Source of the DNA: a virus
IMG/VR virus record: IMGVR_UViG_3300027985_000286
Location: 32,001 to 96,000 of that record
Reading direction: 5' to 3' (one strand)
DNA length: 64,000 nt
The notes beneath the pieces were generated by a model, which saw only the letters and a list, made by a program, of their open reading frames with translations, searched no databases and was not told where the DNA came from. Below, in pieces: positions 46,401 through 55,836 of the stretch; the first letter of the stretch is position 1, and the number at the start of each line of letters is the position of its first letter. A program made the position numbers and the translations under genes.

Positions 46401-48316
46401 ACGGTGTAAAGAGAACCACTACTACTGTTACCAACACAATCGTTGATGACAAGCTTGTGAGTAAGGATACTGTTCCTTGGATTCGTCCGAAGACCATCAA
46501 GTTTACTGCGCTCAAGCTCAAGCCATCTACTAGGGTATACCCGTTCTTTGATGGTGTTAACGTTTCAGCGTACTGCCGGCCTCTTGCAGGTGTTGCGGGC
46601 GCAGCACTCATCACCAATGCTGCTGGTAAGGTAGAAGGGTACTTTGATATTCCCGACAGCACCTTCAGAACAGGTACCAAAGAGTTCAAGCTCGTTGATG
46701 ACTCTGCGGGCGTTGATGCAGTGTCTCTGACGACTGCCAGAGACAATTACACAGCAAAGGGTATTCTGCAGACAAGACAGAAGACAATCGTTTCTACCAA
46801 AGAAACAACGTCTCAGGTTGTTTACGTTGATCCGTTGGCGCAGTCTTTTATGGTTGACTTGAACGGTGGAGCGTTCATTACCAAGCTTAGTCTCTATTTT
46901 GAGACCAAAGATGATAATATCCCGGTAAGCGTCGAAATCCGAGAGATGGAGAACGGTCAGCCAACCCCCAACGTTGTTCCTTACTCTTCTGTGGTTGTTG
47001 ATGCTGCTAGTGTGAACGTTTCAACCGACGCCTCATTAGCTACAGATTTTGTTTTCGACACACCGGTATACCTGCAGCAGGGCGTCGAGTATTGCTTTGT
47101 GGTTATGGCGGATAGCACTGCGTACAACCTATGGGTTAGCCAGATGGGTGAGCAGGACACTGTGACCGGAAAATGGGTCACCAAGCAGCCCTATATTGGT
47201 GTTATGTTCAAGTCTCAGAACAGCTCAACCTGGACTGAATCACAGCTAGAGGATATCAAGTTCCAGCTTTACAGGGCTAGCTTTACTCAGAGTTCAGGCA
47301 CAGTTAGTCTGAAGAACACTGACGTGGAAATGCTTCCTCTTCCTGGCCAGCCATTCTTGGCAACTAGCGGTTCATCTGTGCTACAGGTTAATCACCCGTA
47401 CCACGGTAAGATGATTGGTTCTTTGGTGACATACTCTGGTGCTACAGGTTCGGCTGGTATTGCTGATACAGACCTCAATAAGACGCATACGGTTGCGAGT
47501 ATTATTGACTCCGACACGTACACGATTGATGTGGGCGTGCTTGCAACCAGCGATACCTTAATGGGTGGTAATCCGCTGGCTAGCAGCAACATCCAGTTCA
47601 ACACGCTGCGTCCTTTAGTCAGAGAATTGATACTCTCTGGTACTAATACGTCTTGGTCAATGAGCGCGACTACAGGAAAGAGCGCAAGCGGATCAGAGAC
47701 CCCGTATGCGGCATTTGATTTGAGCGTCATCAATACGCAGGACCTGTCAGTGAAAGCTCCTCTCATTGTTCTGGAAGCCGCTGAAGAAACCTCTGCACTT
47801 GCAGGCAACAGAAGCTTTGAATTGGTGGGAACACTTACTACAGACAGCACCAACCTAAGCCCTGTGATTGACGTAAACCGTCTAGGTGCCATTGCAATAC
47901 GGAATAGAATCAACTCTCCTGCAGTTTTGGATGAGACTCCTGCGGTTGTTGATGACATTCCTGTGGCAAACAGAGCAACATGCAGATATATCAATAAGGC
48001 TGTGAGCTTGGACGACCCTGCCACTCTCCTTAAAGTCTGGTTCGATGTGCAGAAGCCTTCTGAGTCTGACGTGAAGGTGTTCTACAGGGTTGTTGCAGCA
48101 GATAGTGGTGACGACATCTCGAGTGTGAACTGGACTGAGATGGACGTTGTGAAGTACGCAACACCTAGTGGCTCTACATCGTACTTTGAGGAAGAGCACG
48201 ACAAGGACTTGAGTGCCACGCCGTTTACAGAGTTTCAGTTGAAGCTTGTTCTTATCAGTACGGTGGAGGGTGCAGTACCTCAGATCAAATCGCTTAGAGC
48301 AGTGGCTCTGAGCTAG
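43430..48316 (+). CDS. Large virion structural protein (VrlC/DUF4815-like)
   Basis: SPY..DY...K.F..ILF.P...VQ.RE..QLQ, APGADR, LARRT.D.SGDF.V, RYTMRDIG.IE.R...LEYYT, DPLAQSF. Confidence 0.85.
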   Translation: MAINESTSPYHNDYDEDKQFLKILFKPSVAVQVREMNQLQTFLQKQVSRLGDHFFVEGSMVIPGEVNYDLAFAYAKLTLVDPYEDVAAAILNAGVTVEGTGGLTADVLDFVNASGADPITVYLKYNGSGTTGEVSAFTTASTITFKDSLGNTITTATVDETGFGSKVSVNRGIYYINGQFVLVTDQNVIVEKYSPTPTKKVGLVFSESVVTAFDDDSLLDNALGTPNYTAPGADRSKMTVTLTSLDVADTTSNFVELIRFDAGNVENLVDKTQYSILADTLARRTFDQSGDFTVNPFNIVLADHPTDTTKIRVGLEPGKAYVKGYEIGTTATQYVNVNKARDTELFNNSVTIAEFGNYVLVESAYGLPDVATCDEIEFYTGAVTVPGSMPSGTKIATAYVRHIEQISATQWKIYVFGITGSIATAVSVYVPDTYVPFTGTLVPDVSGNNLYSSTNGSYIFQSPHTNVKTLLDGFGATDTNFVVMRKYDVTADSSANVILTAGTDELFSEYSITNYVLTTVAGEIVDLTGKVTRGGSPTGTQVTIALGAGYESVNVRVIAAVIRQVALQKSKTVQTQVIPGSALAAGFLSLGKADIISLTSVIDDSTSQDITSSFTLDNGQRRSYYDLGSIQLKAGYPTPASTVTVTFDYFQHSPGDYFSVDSYSVIDYADIPTFVDGTTTYKLTDCFDFRPRINDAGTGFSGTGSSVGNTVKPAGYITADITTYLPRKDKVYLDYRGNFGVVEGTSDLDPKEPQDPNDSMVLYKLYVNPYTVDSKDLVVTYVENKRYTMRDIGKIEKRVDNLEYYTALNELEKKTVDQQVIDPVTGNDRYKNGFFADPFVDHAIGDFGSSEVRCSVDEANSILRAEFDAQGIDLAFDAAASTNVEQHGDLITLPFVDSVLISQPLATHSVNVNPYDIFAWIGRLGLTPSSDYWVDTRYKDPDVTYSENGKKTTNTWLSWATGWSGAQVVDVNDTAASRSINLFGRTITLSNGVKRTTTTVTNTIVDDKLVSKDTVPWIRPKTIKFTALKLKPSTRVYPFFDGVNVSAYCRPLAGVAGAALITNAAGKVEGYFDIPDSTFRTGTKEFKLVDDSAGVDAVSLTTARDNYTAKGILQTRQKTIVSTKETTSQVVYVDPLAQSFMVDLNGGAFITKLSLYFETKDDNIPVSVEIREMENGQPTPNVVPYSSVVVDAASVNVSTDASLATDFVFDTPVYLQQGVEYCFVVMADSTAYNLWVSQMGEQDTVTGKWVTKQPYIGVMFKSQNSSTWTESQLEDIKFQLYRASFTQSSGTVSLKNTDVEMLPLPGQPFLATSGSSVLQVNHPYHGKMIGSLVTYSGATGSAGIADTDLNKTHTVASIIDSDTYTIDVGVLATSDTLMGGNPLASSNIQFNTLRPLVRELILSGTNTSWSMSATTGKSASGSETPYAAFDLSVINTQDLSVKAPLIVLEAAEETSALAGNRSFELVGTLTTDSTNLSPVIDVNRLGAIAIRNRINSPAVLDETPAVVDDIPVANRATCRYINKAVSLDDPATLLKVWFDVQKPSESDVKVFYRVVAADSGDDISSVNWTEMDVVKYATPSGSTSYFEEEHDKDLSATPFTEFQLKLVLISTVEGAVPQIKSLRAVALS

Positions 48317-48326
48317 GACGGAGAAA

Positions 48327-48584
48327 ATGGCTGAAAGATCATTGCTTCCTGTCAAAGGGTCAACAAGCCTGTTTAGAGACCCAATATCAGGTGCGGTAAT
48401 CAACAAGAACGTCAACGAGTACAGAAAGACGATTGAAACTAGGAAAAGGGCGGTTGAGCTAAACAACACAATCAAAGACCTTACTGAGTCTGTTCGTCGA
48501 TTAGAGTCTACTGTACGGGTTATGTGTGACAGGTTAGACGCCCTAGAGCACTCAGAGTGTATGCAGATAGCCTCTATGGACTAG
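48327..48584 (+). CDS. Hypothetical coiled-coil protein conserved between VrlC-like gene and gp13
   Basis: L.RDP.SGAVIN motif, GGAG RBS. Confidence 0.7.
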   Translation: MAERSLLPVKGSTSLFRDPISGAVINKNVNEYRKTIETRKRAVELNNTIKDLTESVRRLESTVRVMCDRLDALEHSECMQIASMD

Positions 48585-48600
48585 CTGTATAGCTTAAGTA

Positions 48601-48631
48601 AGAAGTCGTGGCAGAACGTGTCTAGCGCAGT
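48601..48631 (+). repeat. Dispersed 31-nt intergenic repeat, copy 2 (upstream of gp13)
   Basis: AGAAGTCGTGGCAGAACGTGTCTAGCGCAGT, 29/31 identical to reverse complement of 1536-1566. Confidence 0.8.
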
Positions 48632-48646
48632 CCTAAAGGGGGTTTC

Positions 48647-49390
48647 GTGGCAAGCATAGCAACTAGAGAAGAGTTCACAGCCTACTGCCTGCGTCGGTTG
48701 GGTTCTCCTGTTATTAACATTGAGGTGGATACCACTCAGGTAGATGATCGCATTGATGATGCGATCGACTACTGGTGCAGAAACCATATGGATGGCTCTG
48801 AGAGAACCTACTTCATCCATACCATTACACAAGCAGACATTGACACCAGGCTGATCACTATACCTGAGGAAATCTTTGAAGTAAGGTCTGTGATCCCGTG
48901 GTCAACATCTAATAGCCATGACATGTTCAGCGTTAGATACCAGGTTAGGTTACAAGACTTTGCGTACTTCCGTCCAATTGATTCGCTGTCCTACTTTATT
49001 AGAGCGTCTTACTGGGATTACATCAACGAGCTTTTGAGTGAAGGTACGTCGATTGAGTTCAACTGGCATAAAGGTAAGGTTAGGCTAGATATTGACGCTG
49101 CCAACCTGTTTGTTGCAGATGGCAGCGTTTTGGTTCTTGACGTACAAAAGATGATTCTTCCTGCAGATAACCCTCATGCTTGGAATGATGAGATCCTAAA
49201 ACGCTACGCAACAGCATTAATCAAAAGACAATGGGGTGAAAACCTCAAGAAGTACTCACAGGTAATGCTCCCAGGCAATGTGACTACCAATGGAGTTGAG
49301 CTTTTCCAAGAAGCAGAGGCAGAAATTGCTAAGATTGAAGATGAGATGAGGGAGCGGTACTCATATCAGCCAATGTTTTTCATGGGGTAA
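48647..49390 (+). CDS. 13: Neck protein (gp13)
   Basis: YCLRRLGSPVINIEV...QVDD.I..A, K.YATALIKRQWGENL.K. Confidence 0.93.
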   Translation: MASIATREEFTAYCLRRLGSPVINIEVDTTQVDDRIDDAIDYWCRNHMDGSERTYFIHTITQADIDTRLITIPEEIFEVRSVIPWSTSNSHDMFSVRYQVRLQDFAYFRPIDSLSYFIRASYWDYINELLSEGTSIEFNWHKGKVRLDIDAANLFVADGSVLVLDVQKMILPADNPHAWNDEILKRYATALIKRQWGENLKKYSQVMLPGNVTTNGVELFQEAEAEIAKIEDEMRERYSYQPMFFMG

Positions 49391-49391
49391 T

Positions 49392-49697
49392 ATGGAAACG
49401 TTCATCGGCACAATCACATCGCCATTCTTCATGCTGATATACGGCCTACTGACTCATTTCTTAAAGGATCTGGTCAGGCTACAGTCAGAGGGTCAGAAGA
49501 AGCTGTACCTTATTCCGTACTGGATTAAGTTCCCGCATCAGTCCCTAATTGCCTTAGTGGGTGCAGTTGCAGGGTACTCTGCTCTGATTGAAACAAACCA
49601 GCTATCGGGGCTAACTGCTTTTGGCGTGGGTTACATGGCAAACTCGATTGCTGATACCTTGGGGAAGAGAACGGTGGATAGGTTCAATGACAGTTAA
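49392..49697 (+). CDS. Small multi-TM membrane protein, holin-like
   Basis: 101 aa, 2-3 hydrophobic segments, AFGVGY.A.SI, charged C-terminus. Confidence 0.5.
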   Translation: METFIGTITSPFFMLIYGLLTHFLKDLVRLQSEGQKKLYLIPYWIKFPHQSLIALVGAVAGYSALIETNQLSGLTAFGVGYMANSIADTLGKRTVDRFNDS

Positions 49698-50331
49698 CTC
49701 CTACTTCAACTTCTATACCCCTACCAACGAGCAGGACTTGCAGGACTCCCTTGTGATCGAAGCCATCCAAATTCGAGGCTTTGATGCACAGTACATTCCG
49801 CGAGATTCTGTGAACACTGACTATCTTACCGGCGATAGTCCTGGCGAGTTCTATGATGTTGCGTTTCCTGTTGAAATGTACCTAGAGTCTGTTGATAGTT
49901 TTGGTGGTGATACAATGATGATGTCGAAGTTTGGTCTGCATATCGAAGACACCGCAACCTTGGTGGTTTCCAAGACTAGGTTTAAGGTAGAGGGTGCGAA
50001 GCTGACTCCTGCTATCGAGTATCCTAAGATCGGAGACCTACTCTACCTTCCTTTCTCAAAGTCGATTGTAGAGATTGAACACGTACCAACAGAAGAGCCG
50101 TTTTACCAGCTTGGACGGAACTATGTCTACAAGCTCAAGGTAAGAGCGTTTACGTTTACGCACCAAGATTTTGCTACTGGTATTGCTGACGTTGACACGT
50201 TTGCCACAGGGGTTGACCTAGACGGTGATCTTCTCCTGGCAAATGATACGTTCGGTGACAATATCGAAGCTGACACAGAGGTCGAGGCTGGAATCATAGA
50301 CCTCTCGAAAGACAACCCGTTTGTGAGGTAA
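49687..50331 (+). CDS. 14: Neck protein (gp14)
   Basis: EQDL.D.LV.EAIQIRG....YIPR, SKFGL, P..GDL.Y.P, PFYQLG; start MTVNSYF at 49687. Confidence 0.92.
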   Translation: MTVNSYFNFYTPTNEQDLQDSLVIEAIQIRGFDAQYIPRDSVNTDYLTGDSPGEFYDVAFPVEMYLESVDSFGGDTMMMSKFGLHIEDTATLVVSKTRFKVEGAKLTPAIEYPKIGDLLYLPFSKSIVEIEHVPTEEPFYQLGRNYVYKLKVRAFTFTHQDFATGIADVDTFATGVDLDGDLLLANDTFGDNIEADTEVEAGIIDLSKDNPFVR

Positions 50332-50333
50332 TA

Positions 50334-51047
50334 ATGAGCGGTTTGGGTGACACGTACTTTTATCACAAGACGACAAGAAAGGCGTTGGCTCTTTTCGAGT
50401 ACCTGTTCTCCAACATCTTTGTTCAACACGACCAGGGTGGTGGAACTGTCAAGACTATGAAGGTGCCTATCGCCTTTGGGTCTCCTCATAGGGATCACCC
50501 CGCCTACGTGAGCGATCCTAGCTACAAGCCCAAGGAAGGTGTGCGCGTGCGCACCATTCTTCCTCGGATGGGCTTTACTCTAGAGTCCTGGACTTTCGAC
50601 TCTGCAAGAAAGTTGAATACTGCAGAGCTGTTGCACCACACCACTACCGGAGTTAATAAAGGCCAGTACCAGAAGGTACCGTTCGACTTGGTTATTAGCT
50701 TGGGTATCCTCACTGATACGCTAGACGATTTGTTTCAGATTGTTGAGCAGATACTACCTTGGTTTGACCCCAAGCTAACAGTATCTACGTTGATGAATAG
50801 TGACCTTACAATCAACGACGACATCCACATCTTCTTAAATAGCTCTGACCCGTCAATTACGTTCGAGGGTTCCTTCGAGGATGCCAAGGTAATAGAGGCA
50901 ACACTGTCATTCACCATTAAAACGTTCATGTACCGTAGAACAATTGATGTTAAGCCTATCCTGAAGGTTGACATTGATCTGATCTCTGAAGACTGGTACG
51001 GCATTGAGGTCGACAACCACGGTCATGTAACGGAGATTGCACCGTGA
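50334..51047 (+). CDS. 15: Tail sheath stabilizer (gp15)
   Basis: YFYH...RK....F..LF, KVPI.FG, LPRMGF, QIVEQILPWF.P. Confidence 0.92.
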   Translation: MSGLGDTYFYHKTTRKALALFEYLFSNIFVQHDQGGGTVKTMKVPIAFGSPHRDHPAYVSDPSYKPKEGVRVRTILPRMGFTLESWTFDSARKLNTAELLHHTTTGVNKGQYQKVPFDLVISLGILTDTLDDLFQIVEQILPWFDPKLTVSTLMNSDLTINDDIHIFLNSSDPSITFEGSFEDAKVIEATLSFTIKTFMYRRTIDVKPILKVDIDLISEDWYGIEVDNHGHVTEIAP

Positions 51048-51571
51048 GTAATATTGGAAAAAGACTTGATGACATACTAGCTGGTTTCAATACCCAGATG
51101 ACAACTGATTCAAACCCTGCTGACGAGGAATTCCAGCGCCCGTCAAGTTTTCCAGAAAGGGTAGATATTACCAAGGTTCACTCAGACATTAAAGATACTA
51201 TTGGCTCTGACCTTGGAGATGACTTCGAGCACGCAAGAAACGTCTTAAGGCACCTCTTGGATAGAGGGGTTCTTACTCTTGAAGGTGCCATCAATATAGC
51301 CAAGGATACAGAAAATGCCAGAGCAGTAGAGGTTGTTAGTCTGCTAATGAGCACGATTAGCGATGTTACTACCAAACTTATGAAGCTACACGATGCGTCT
51401 CAGGTTAAAAACCTAAACAAGCCCAACGAAAACCTAGAAGGGGCTTCACCTGGTATCTACGTTCTAGGTAAAGGCAAAGATGCAAAGCAAATCCTTAACC
51501 ATATGCTAGGTAAGGCACTTAACGGCGAAGTCATTGAAGGCGAGATAGTAAAGGATGAGAAACGGACCTAA
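51044..51571 (+). CDS. 16: Terminase small subunit (gp16)
   Basis: DDFE.AR..L, A.....RA.EV...L, L.KLH; between gp15 and gp17. Confidence 0.85.
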   Translation: MSNIGKRLDDILAGFNTQMTTDSNPADEEFQRPSSFPERVDITKVHSDIKDTIGSDLGDDFEHARNVLRHLLDRGVLTLEGAINIAKDTENARAVEVVSLLMSTISDVTTKLMKLHDASQVKNLNKPNENLEGASPGIYVLGKGKDAKQILNHMLGKALNGEVIEGEIVKDEKRT

Positions 51572-53342
51572 ATCACAACCCAAGCAACTCGCGCCGCCAA
51601 TCTGGGAACAGGCCGCAGCGTTTGTTGAACAGAATTTAGATGTTGCGGTTGAGTATATTCGAAGAGATACGTGGAACGTAGAAGTACCTGACATTGAAGA
51701 CCACGTAAAGCTCAAGAATTGCTACCGTAACGACCCAAGAATCAAATCCTTTTCTGCGAACATCTTTTACTCAGAACTACAGTTACTTGAATGGGTGAAG
51801 TGTTCCAAAGACCCAGTCTACTTCTTAACGAAATACGTCAAAATCGTTAGCCTTGATTATGGTATTGTTCCTTTCAAGTTGTGGGACTATCAGAAAGATA
51901 TCATTAAGACCTACGTCCAAGAAAGATTCGTTATCTCTATGCAAAGCAGACAGAGTGGCAAATCAACCACGGCTGCTGGGTATATCCTGTTCTATTCGTT
52001 ATTCCAGCAAGATAGAACTACAGCAATCCTAGCTAACAAGGCTGCCCAGGCCCAGGAGATTGTTAGAAGAATCCAGGGAATGTACGAAAGCATCCCTTGG
52101 TTTCTGCAACCAGGAGTAACATCATACAACAAAAGGTCGATGGGTCTGGCTAACAGGTCTCAGGTCATTTCTGCAGCATCGTCGAATAGCTCGATACGTG
52201 GTCAATCGATCAACTTGCTGTATTTGGATGAGTTTGCTTTCATCCCAAGAGAGCAAGAGTTTTACGAATCAACCTACCCTGTGATTACGTCTGGTATTGA
52301 CACCAAAGTCCTTATCACGTCAACACCTAAAGGTGCCCGTGGTTTGTTCTTTAACTTGTGGCAAGGCGCAATCAAAGGCAATAACGAGTATGTGCACAAG
52401 CTTGTTACCTGGAGAGATATCCCAGGCAGAGACGAGAAGTGGGCCAAGACTACTCGTGCGAATATGACAGAAGCGCAGTGGAACCAGGAGATGGAGTGCC
52501 AGTTCCTGGGTTCTCAGAATACGCTTATTCCTTATTCTATACTATCAACTATCTTTACTGAAGAACCCTTAGACGGCATTACAGATAATGAGCACCTGGA
52601 CGTGTATGATGAGCCTGTTAAGGGTCGAAAATACTTCATGACAGTTGATACGTCACGAGGGTTTGGTCAAGACTACTCTGCGTTCATTGTCTATGACATC
52701 ACTGAGATTCCTTTCAAGACTGTCGCGAAGTACAGGAACAACAGAATTAGCACCATGTTGTTCCCTACCGTGGTCTTTAACACTGCGCTGCACTACAACG
52801 AAGCTGAAGTTCTTGTAGAGGTTAACGATGCAGGCATTGAGGTCGTTAATAAGCTCTACTATGACTTTGAATATGAAAACACACTGATGACTTCAAAGGA
52901 TGGCGCTAAGGTAATATTGGGTGGGTATGGTACCAATGCCATCCTTGGTCTTAGAACTACCAAATCCACAAAAGCCATCGGATGCGGTAACCTAAAGGTT
53001 ATGGTTGAGAAAGAAAAGCTACGGGTTACTGATTTTGACACAATCGACGAGCTTACGAACTTTGTGGAGAAAGGTTCATCTTACGAAGCAGACGAAGGGT
53101 GTCACGATGACCTTGTGATGTGTTTGGTGCTGTTCGCTTGGGCGTCATCGCAGGATCACTTCAAGCAAAACTATGATGTCGACATTAGGAAAAGATTTGA
53201 AGAAGAAGAGATGCTCAGAGAAGAAGCATCCCTTATGCCATTTGGCGTTATATCGTCTAACGCCTACGATGACGATGTACCTGCAACAATCGAAGATTAC
53301 GCGGAGATTCGATGGGCATCAGAACGTGACCCTACCTTTTAA
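51555..53342 (+). CDS. 17: Terminase large subunit (gp17)
   Basis: KC..DPVYF, RQSGKST, YLDEFAF, ITSTP.G, VDTSRG.GQDYS, HDDLVM. Confidence 0.97.
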   Translation: MRNGPKSQPKQLAPPIWEQAAAFVEQNLDVAVEYIRRDTWNVEVPDIEDHVKLKNCYRNDPRIKSFSANIFYSELQLLEWVKCSKDPVYFLTKYVKIVSLDYGIVPFKLWDYQKDIIKTYVQERFVISMQSRQSGKSTTAAGYILFYSLFQQDRTTAILANKAAQAQEIVRRIQGMYESIPWFLQPGVTSYNKRSMGLANRSQVISAASSNSSIRGQSINLLYLDEFAFIPREQEFYESTYPVITSGIDTKVLITSTPKGARGLFFNLWQGAIKGNNEYVHKLVTWRDIPGRDEKWAKTTRANMTEAQWNQEMECQFLGSQNTLIPYSILSTIFTEEPLDGITDNEHLDVYDEPVKGRKYFMTVDTSRGFGQDYSAFIVYDITEIPFKTVAKYRNNRISTMLFPTVVFNTALHYNEAEVLVEVNDAGIEVVNKLYYDFEYENTLMTSKDGAKVILGGYGTNAILGLRTTKSTKAIGCGNLKVMVEKEKLRVTDFDTIDELTNFVEKGSSYEADEGCHDDLVMCLVLFAWASSQDHFKQNYDVDIRKRFEEEEMLREEASLMPFGVISSNAYDDDVPATIEDYAEIRWASERDPTF

Positions 53343-53417
53343 GCTTCAAACCCTAAATTTCTACTAAATAGGTTTAGATAACCAAGTTAGCATTCAAGAA
53401 TAGAGAGGAATAACACC

Positions 53418-55256
53418 ATGTTGAATATGGCGTCTCCCGGTATCAAATCTACAGAACTAGACCTTAGCTACACTGTTCAGTCAGTTGCTGGCGTGTCTGG
53501 TGCTTTTGTAGGTGCTTTTCTTTGGGGCCCTGTTGAAGAGGTTTTGAACGTAACTGATGGCACACCAGGTATGGTTCAGCGTTTCTTCCAGCCCGATAAC
53601 AACACTGCAATCTACTGGCTGTCTGTTCGAGATTACCTTATCTACAACAACAGCGCTAAAGTGGTGCGACTCGTAGGAGCTTCTGCGGTCAACGCCGTTC
53701 CCACTGGAGAGACTGCACTTCTCGTCAAGAACGAATCCCACTACGATACCTTAACCCTTACAGGTCTAAGCGTTATCGCCAAATATCCAGGTTCTCTGGG
53801 TAACGCTCTAGCTGTCCATGCGGCAGATAGCGTCGGGTTCACTGGATGGGCTTACGCAGACGACTTTGAGTTTGCTCCTGCTGCGGGTCAGTTCAACATG
53901 GTTGTTGTTGATACTACCGGCGCATGGTCTGGCACTGCTGGTACCGTTCTTGAGAAGTACGAGCTCATGACCAACGTGGCAGGGTCTAAGAAGACCGACG
54001 GTTCTTCTGCGTACGTCAAAGATGTGGTCAATCGTGGTTCAAACTATGTTTGGATTGGTGATATTGATGCAATGTACTTCCTACAGGAAGCAACCGCGGC
54101 GGAAATCGTTTCTGGTGGTTCTGGTTACACTGCAGCTGATACACTGACTGTGACTGGTGGAACAGGTACGTCAGCAACGATTACCGTTGATACAGTCGAT
54201 GGGTCTGGTGTGATCACGGGTATCACTGTTGCAACAGGCGGCTCGTACTCTGACATTCCAACTAACCCGGTTTCGGTGACTGGTGGTACTGGAACAGGTG
54301 CAACATTCAATCTTACGTTTGCTTCCATTACCGGGTTGTTTGATGCGACTCTCCAGGGCGGTGTTGACGATAACACACTAACATCTCACGTGACAGGTTG
54401 GAACCTGTTCGACAACCCGTCAACCACTGACGTGTGGGAGTTGGTAGCCGTTAACCAGGCAACTGCAGATATTGACGCGCTTGTTACTATCGCAGAAGGC
54501 CGCGGTGATTGTGTTGGCTTCTTCAGCCCCCCTCTTGCCGCTGTGTTGAACAATGTTGGTAGCGAGGTAACCGACATCGTTACCTACAGAAGCACTACGA
54601 CCAATAAGAACTCCTCGTACCTGATGATGGACGATAACTGGAAACAGGTGTACGACGAGTTTAACGACTTGTATCGCTGGATTCCGATGGCGCCGTCTAA
54701 TGCAGGACTGCACGCGGTTACTGTCAACTCTTCACAGCCTTGGCAGAGTCATGCAGGTTACACTCGCGGTAAGGTAAAGAACATCATCCGCCTTGCCTGG
54801 AACAGTAACGAAGCATACAGAAACACGCTTTACAAGATTGGTGTGAACTCGTTCATTTCTGAGCCTGGTGAGGGCGTGGTTCTGTACGGCGATAAAGTGC
54901 AGGTCCAGAACCCAACTGCATTCAGTCGCATCAACGTCAGAAACCTGTTCATTGTAATGCGCAAGGCGGTGTCTAGAGCTGCAAAGTATCAGCTTTTTGA
55001 GCTTAACGATTCGATCACTCGCAGCTTGTTCAGAAACCGTGTGTCTGCTTACCTGCAAGGCGTTCAGGCTGGTAGAGGTGTTTACGATTATCGAGTGGTG
55101 TGTGATGAGAGCAACAACACTGCTGAAGTGATTGACGCCAACGAGTTCATTGCATCAATCTTTGTGAAGCCTGCAAGAAGCATCAACTTCATTGGTCTTA
55201 ACTTTGTTGCAGTTGCTTCTGGTGTCGATTTTACTGAAATTGAAAACGCCATCTAA
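53418..55256 (+). CDS. 18: Tail sheath protein (gp18)
   Basis: SPGI...E.D, F.WGP, AKYPG.LGN, FSRINVRNLF, KPARSINFI.LNFVA. Confidence 0.96.
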   Translation: MLNMASPGIKSTELDLSYTVQSVAGVSGAFVGAFLWGPVEEVLNVTDGTPGMVQRFFQPDNNTAIYWLSVRDYLIYNNSAKVVRLVGASAVNAVPTGETALLVKNESHYDTLTLTGLSVIAKYPGSLGNALAVHAADSVGFTGWAYADDFEFAPAAGQFNMVVVDTTGAWSGTAGTVLEKYELMTNVAGSKKTDGSSAYVKDVVNRGSNYVWIGDIDAMYFLQEATAAEIVSGGSGYTAADTLTVTGGTGTSATITVDTVDGSGVITGITVATGGSYSDIPTNPVSVTGGTGTGATFNLTFASITGLFDATLQGGVDDNTLTSHVTGWNLFDNPSTTDVWELVAVNQATADIDALVTIAEGRGDCVGFFSPPLAAVLNNVGSEVTDIVTYRSTTTNKNSSYLMMDDNWKQVYDEFNDLYRWIPMAPSNAGLHAVTVNSSQPWQSHAGYTRGKVKNIIRLAWNSNEAYRNTLYKIGVNSFISEPGEGVVLYGDKVQVQNPTAFSRINVRNLFIVMRKAVSRAAKYQLFELNDSITRSLFRNRVSAYLQGVQAGRGVYDYRVVCDESNNTAEVIDANEFIASIFVKPARSINFIGLNFVAVASGVDFTEIENAI

Positions 55257-55275
55257 TAGGAACCGGAGAGAATAG

Positions 55276-55800
55276 ATGAAGATTTCTGAATTCAAAAAGA
55301 ACCTTAGAGGCGGTGGCGCTCGTACCAACCTGTACCGGGTAGAAATTGACTACCCGGTCTTTGCTGGCGGTGAAGCCGAAACCCGAAGAGGTACATTCCT
55401 AATCAAAGCTGCATCCCTTCCTTCTTCGGTCATCGGAGTGATTGAAGTTGGCTACCGAGGAAGAAAGTTCAAGCTTGCGGGTGATAGAACGTTTGAAGAG
55501 TGGTCAGTCACTGTACTGAATGATACCGTGTTTGACATCAGAGATGCTCTGGAGCGCTGGTCTAACGGTATTAATCAGAACGAGTCAAACATTGGCCTTG
55601 AGAACCCTGAAGACTATATGTCTACTGCAATGGTTCACCAGCTCAACAGAAACGGTGACGTGGTAAAATCATACCTGTTCCAAGACGTTTGGCCATCCAA
55701 TGTGGGTATGATTCAGCTTAACCAGGATGACAGTGACACTGTTGAAGAGTTTGAAGTTACCCTTCAGTATTCACAGTGGACCAGCAACACTACTTCTTGA
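55276..55800 (+). CDS. 19: Tail tube protein (gp19)
   Basis: GGARTNLY.V, KAASLP, GDRTFEEW.VTV.ND, WP..V..I.L. Confidence 0.96.
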   Translation: MKISEFKKNLRGGGARTNLYRVEIDYPVFAGGEAETRRGTFLIKAASLPSSVIGVIEVGYRGRKFKLAGDRTFEEWSVTVLNDTVFDIRDALERWSNGINQNESNIGLENPEDYMSTAMVHQLNRNGDVVKSYLFQDVWPSNVGMIQLNQDDSDTVEEFEVTLQYSQWTSNTTS

Positions 55801-55836
55801 TATGCTAAACAGTGAAAACAGGTAAAGGAGTGAACA

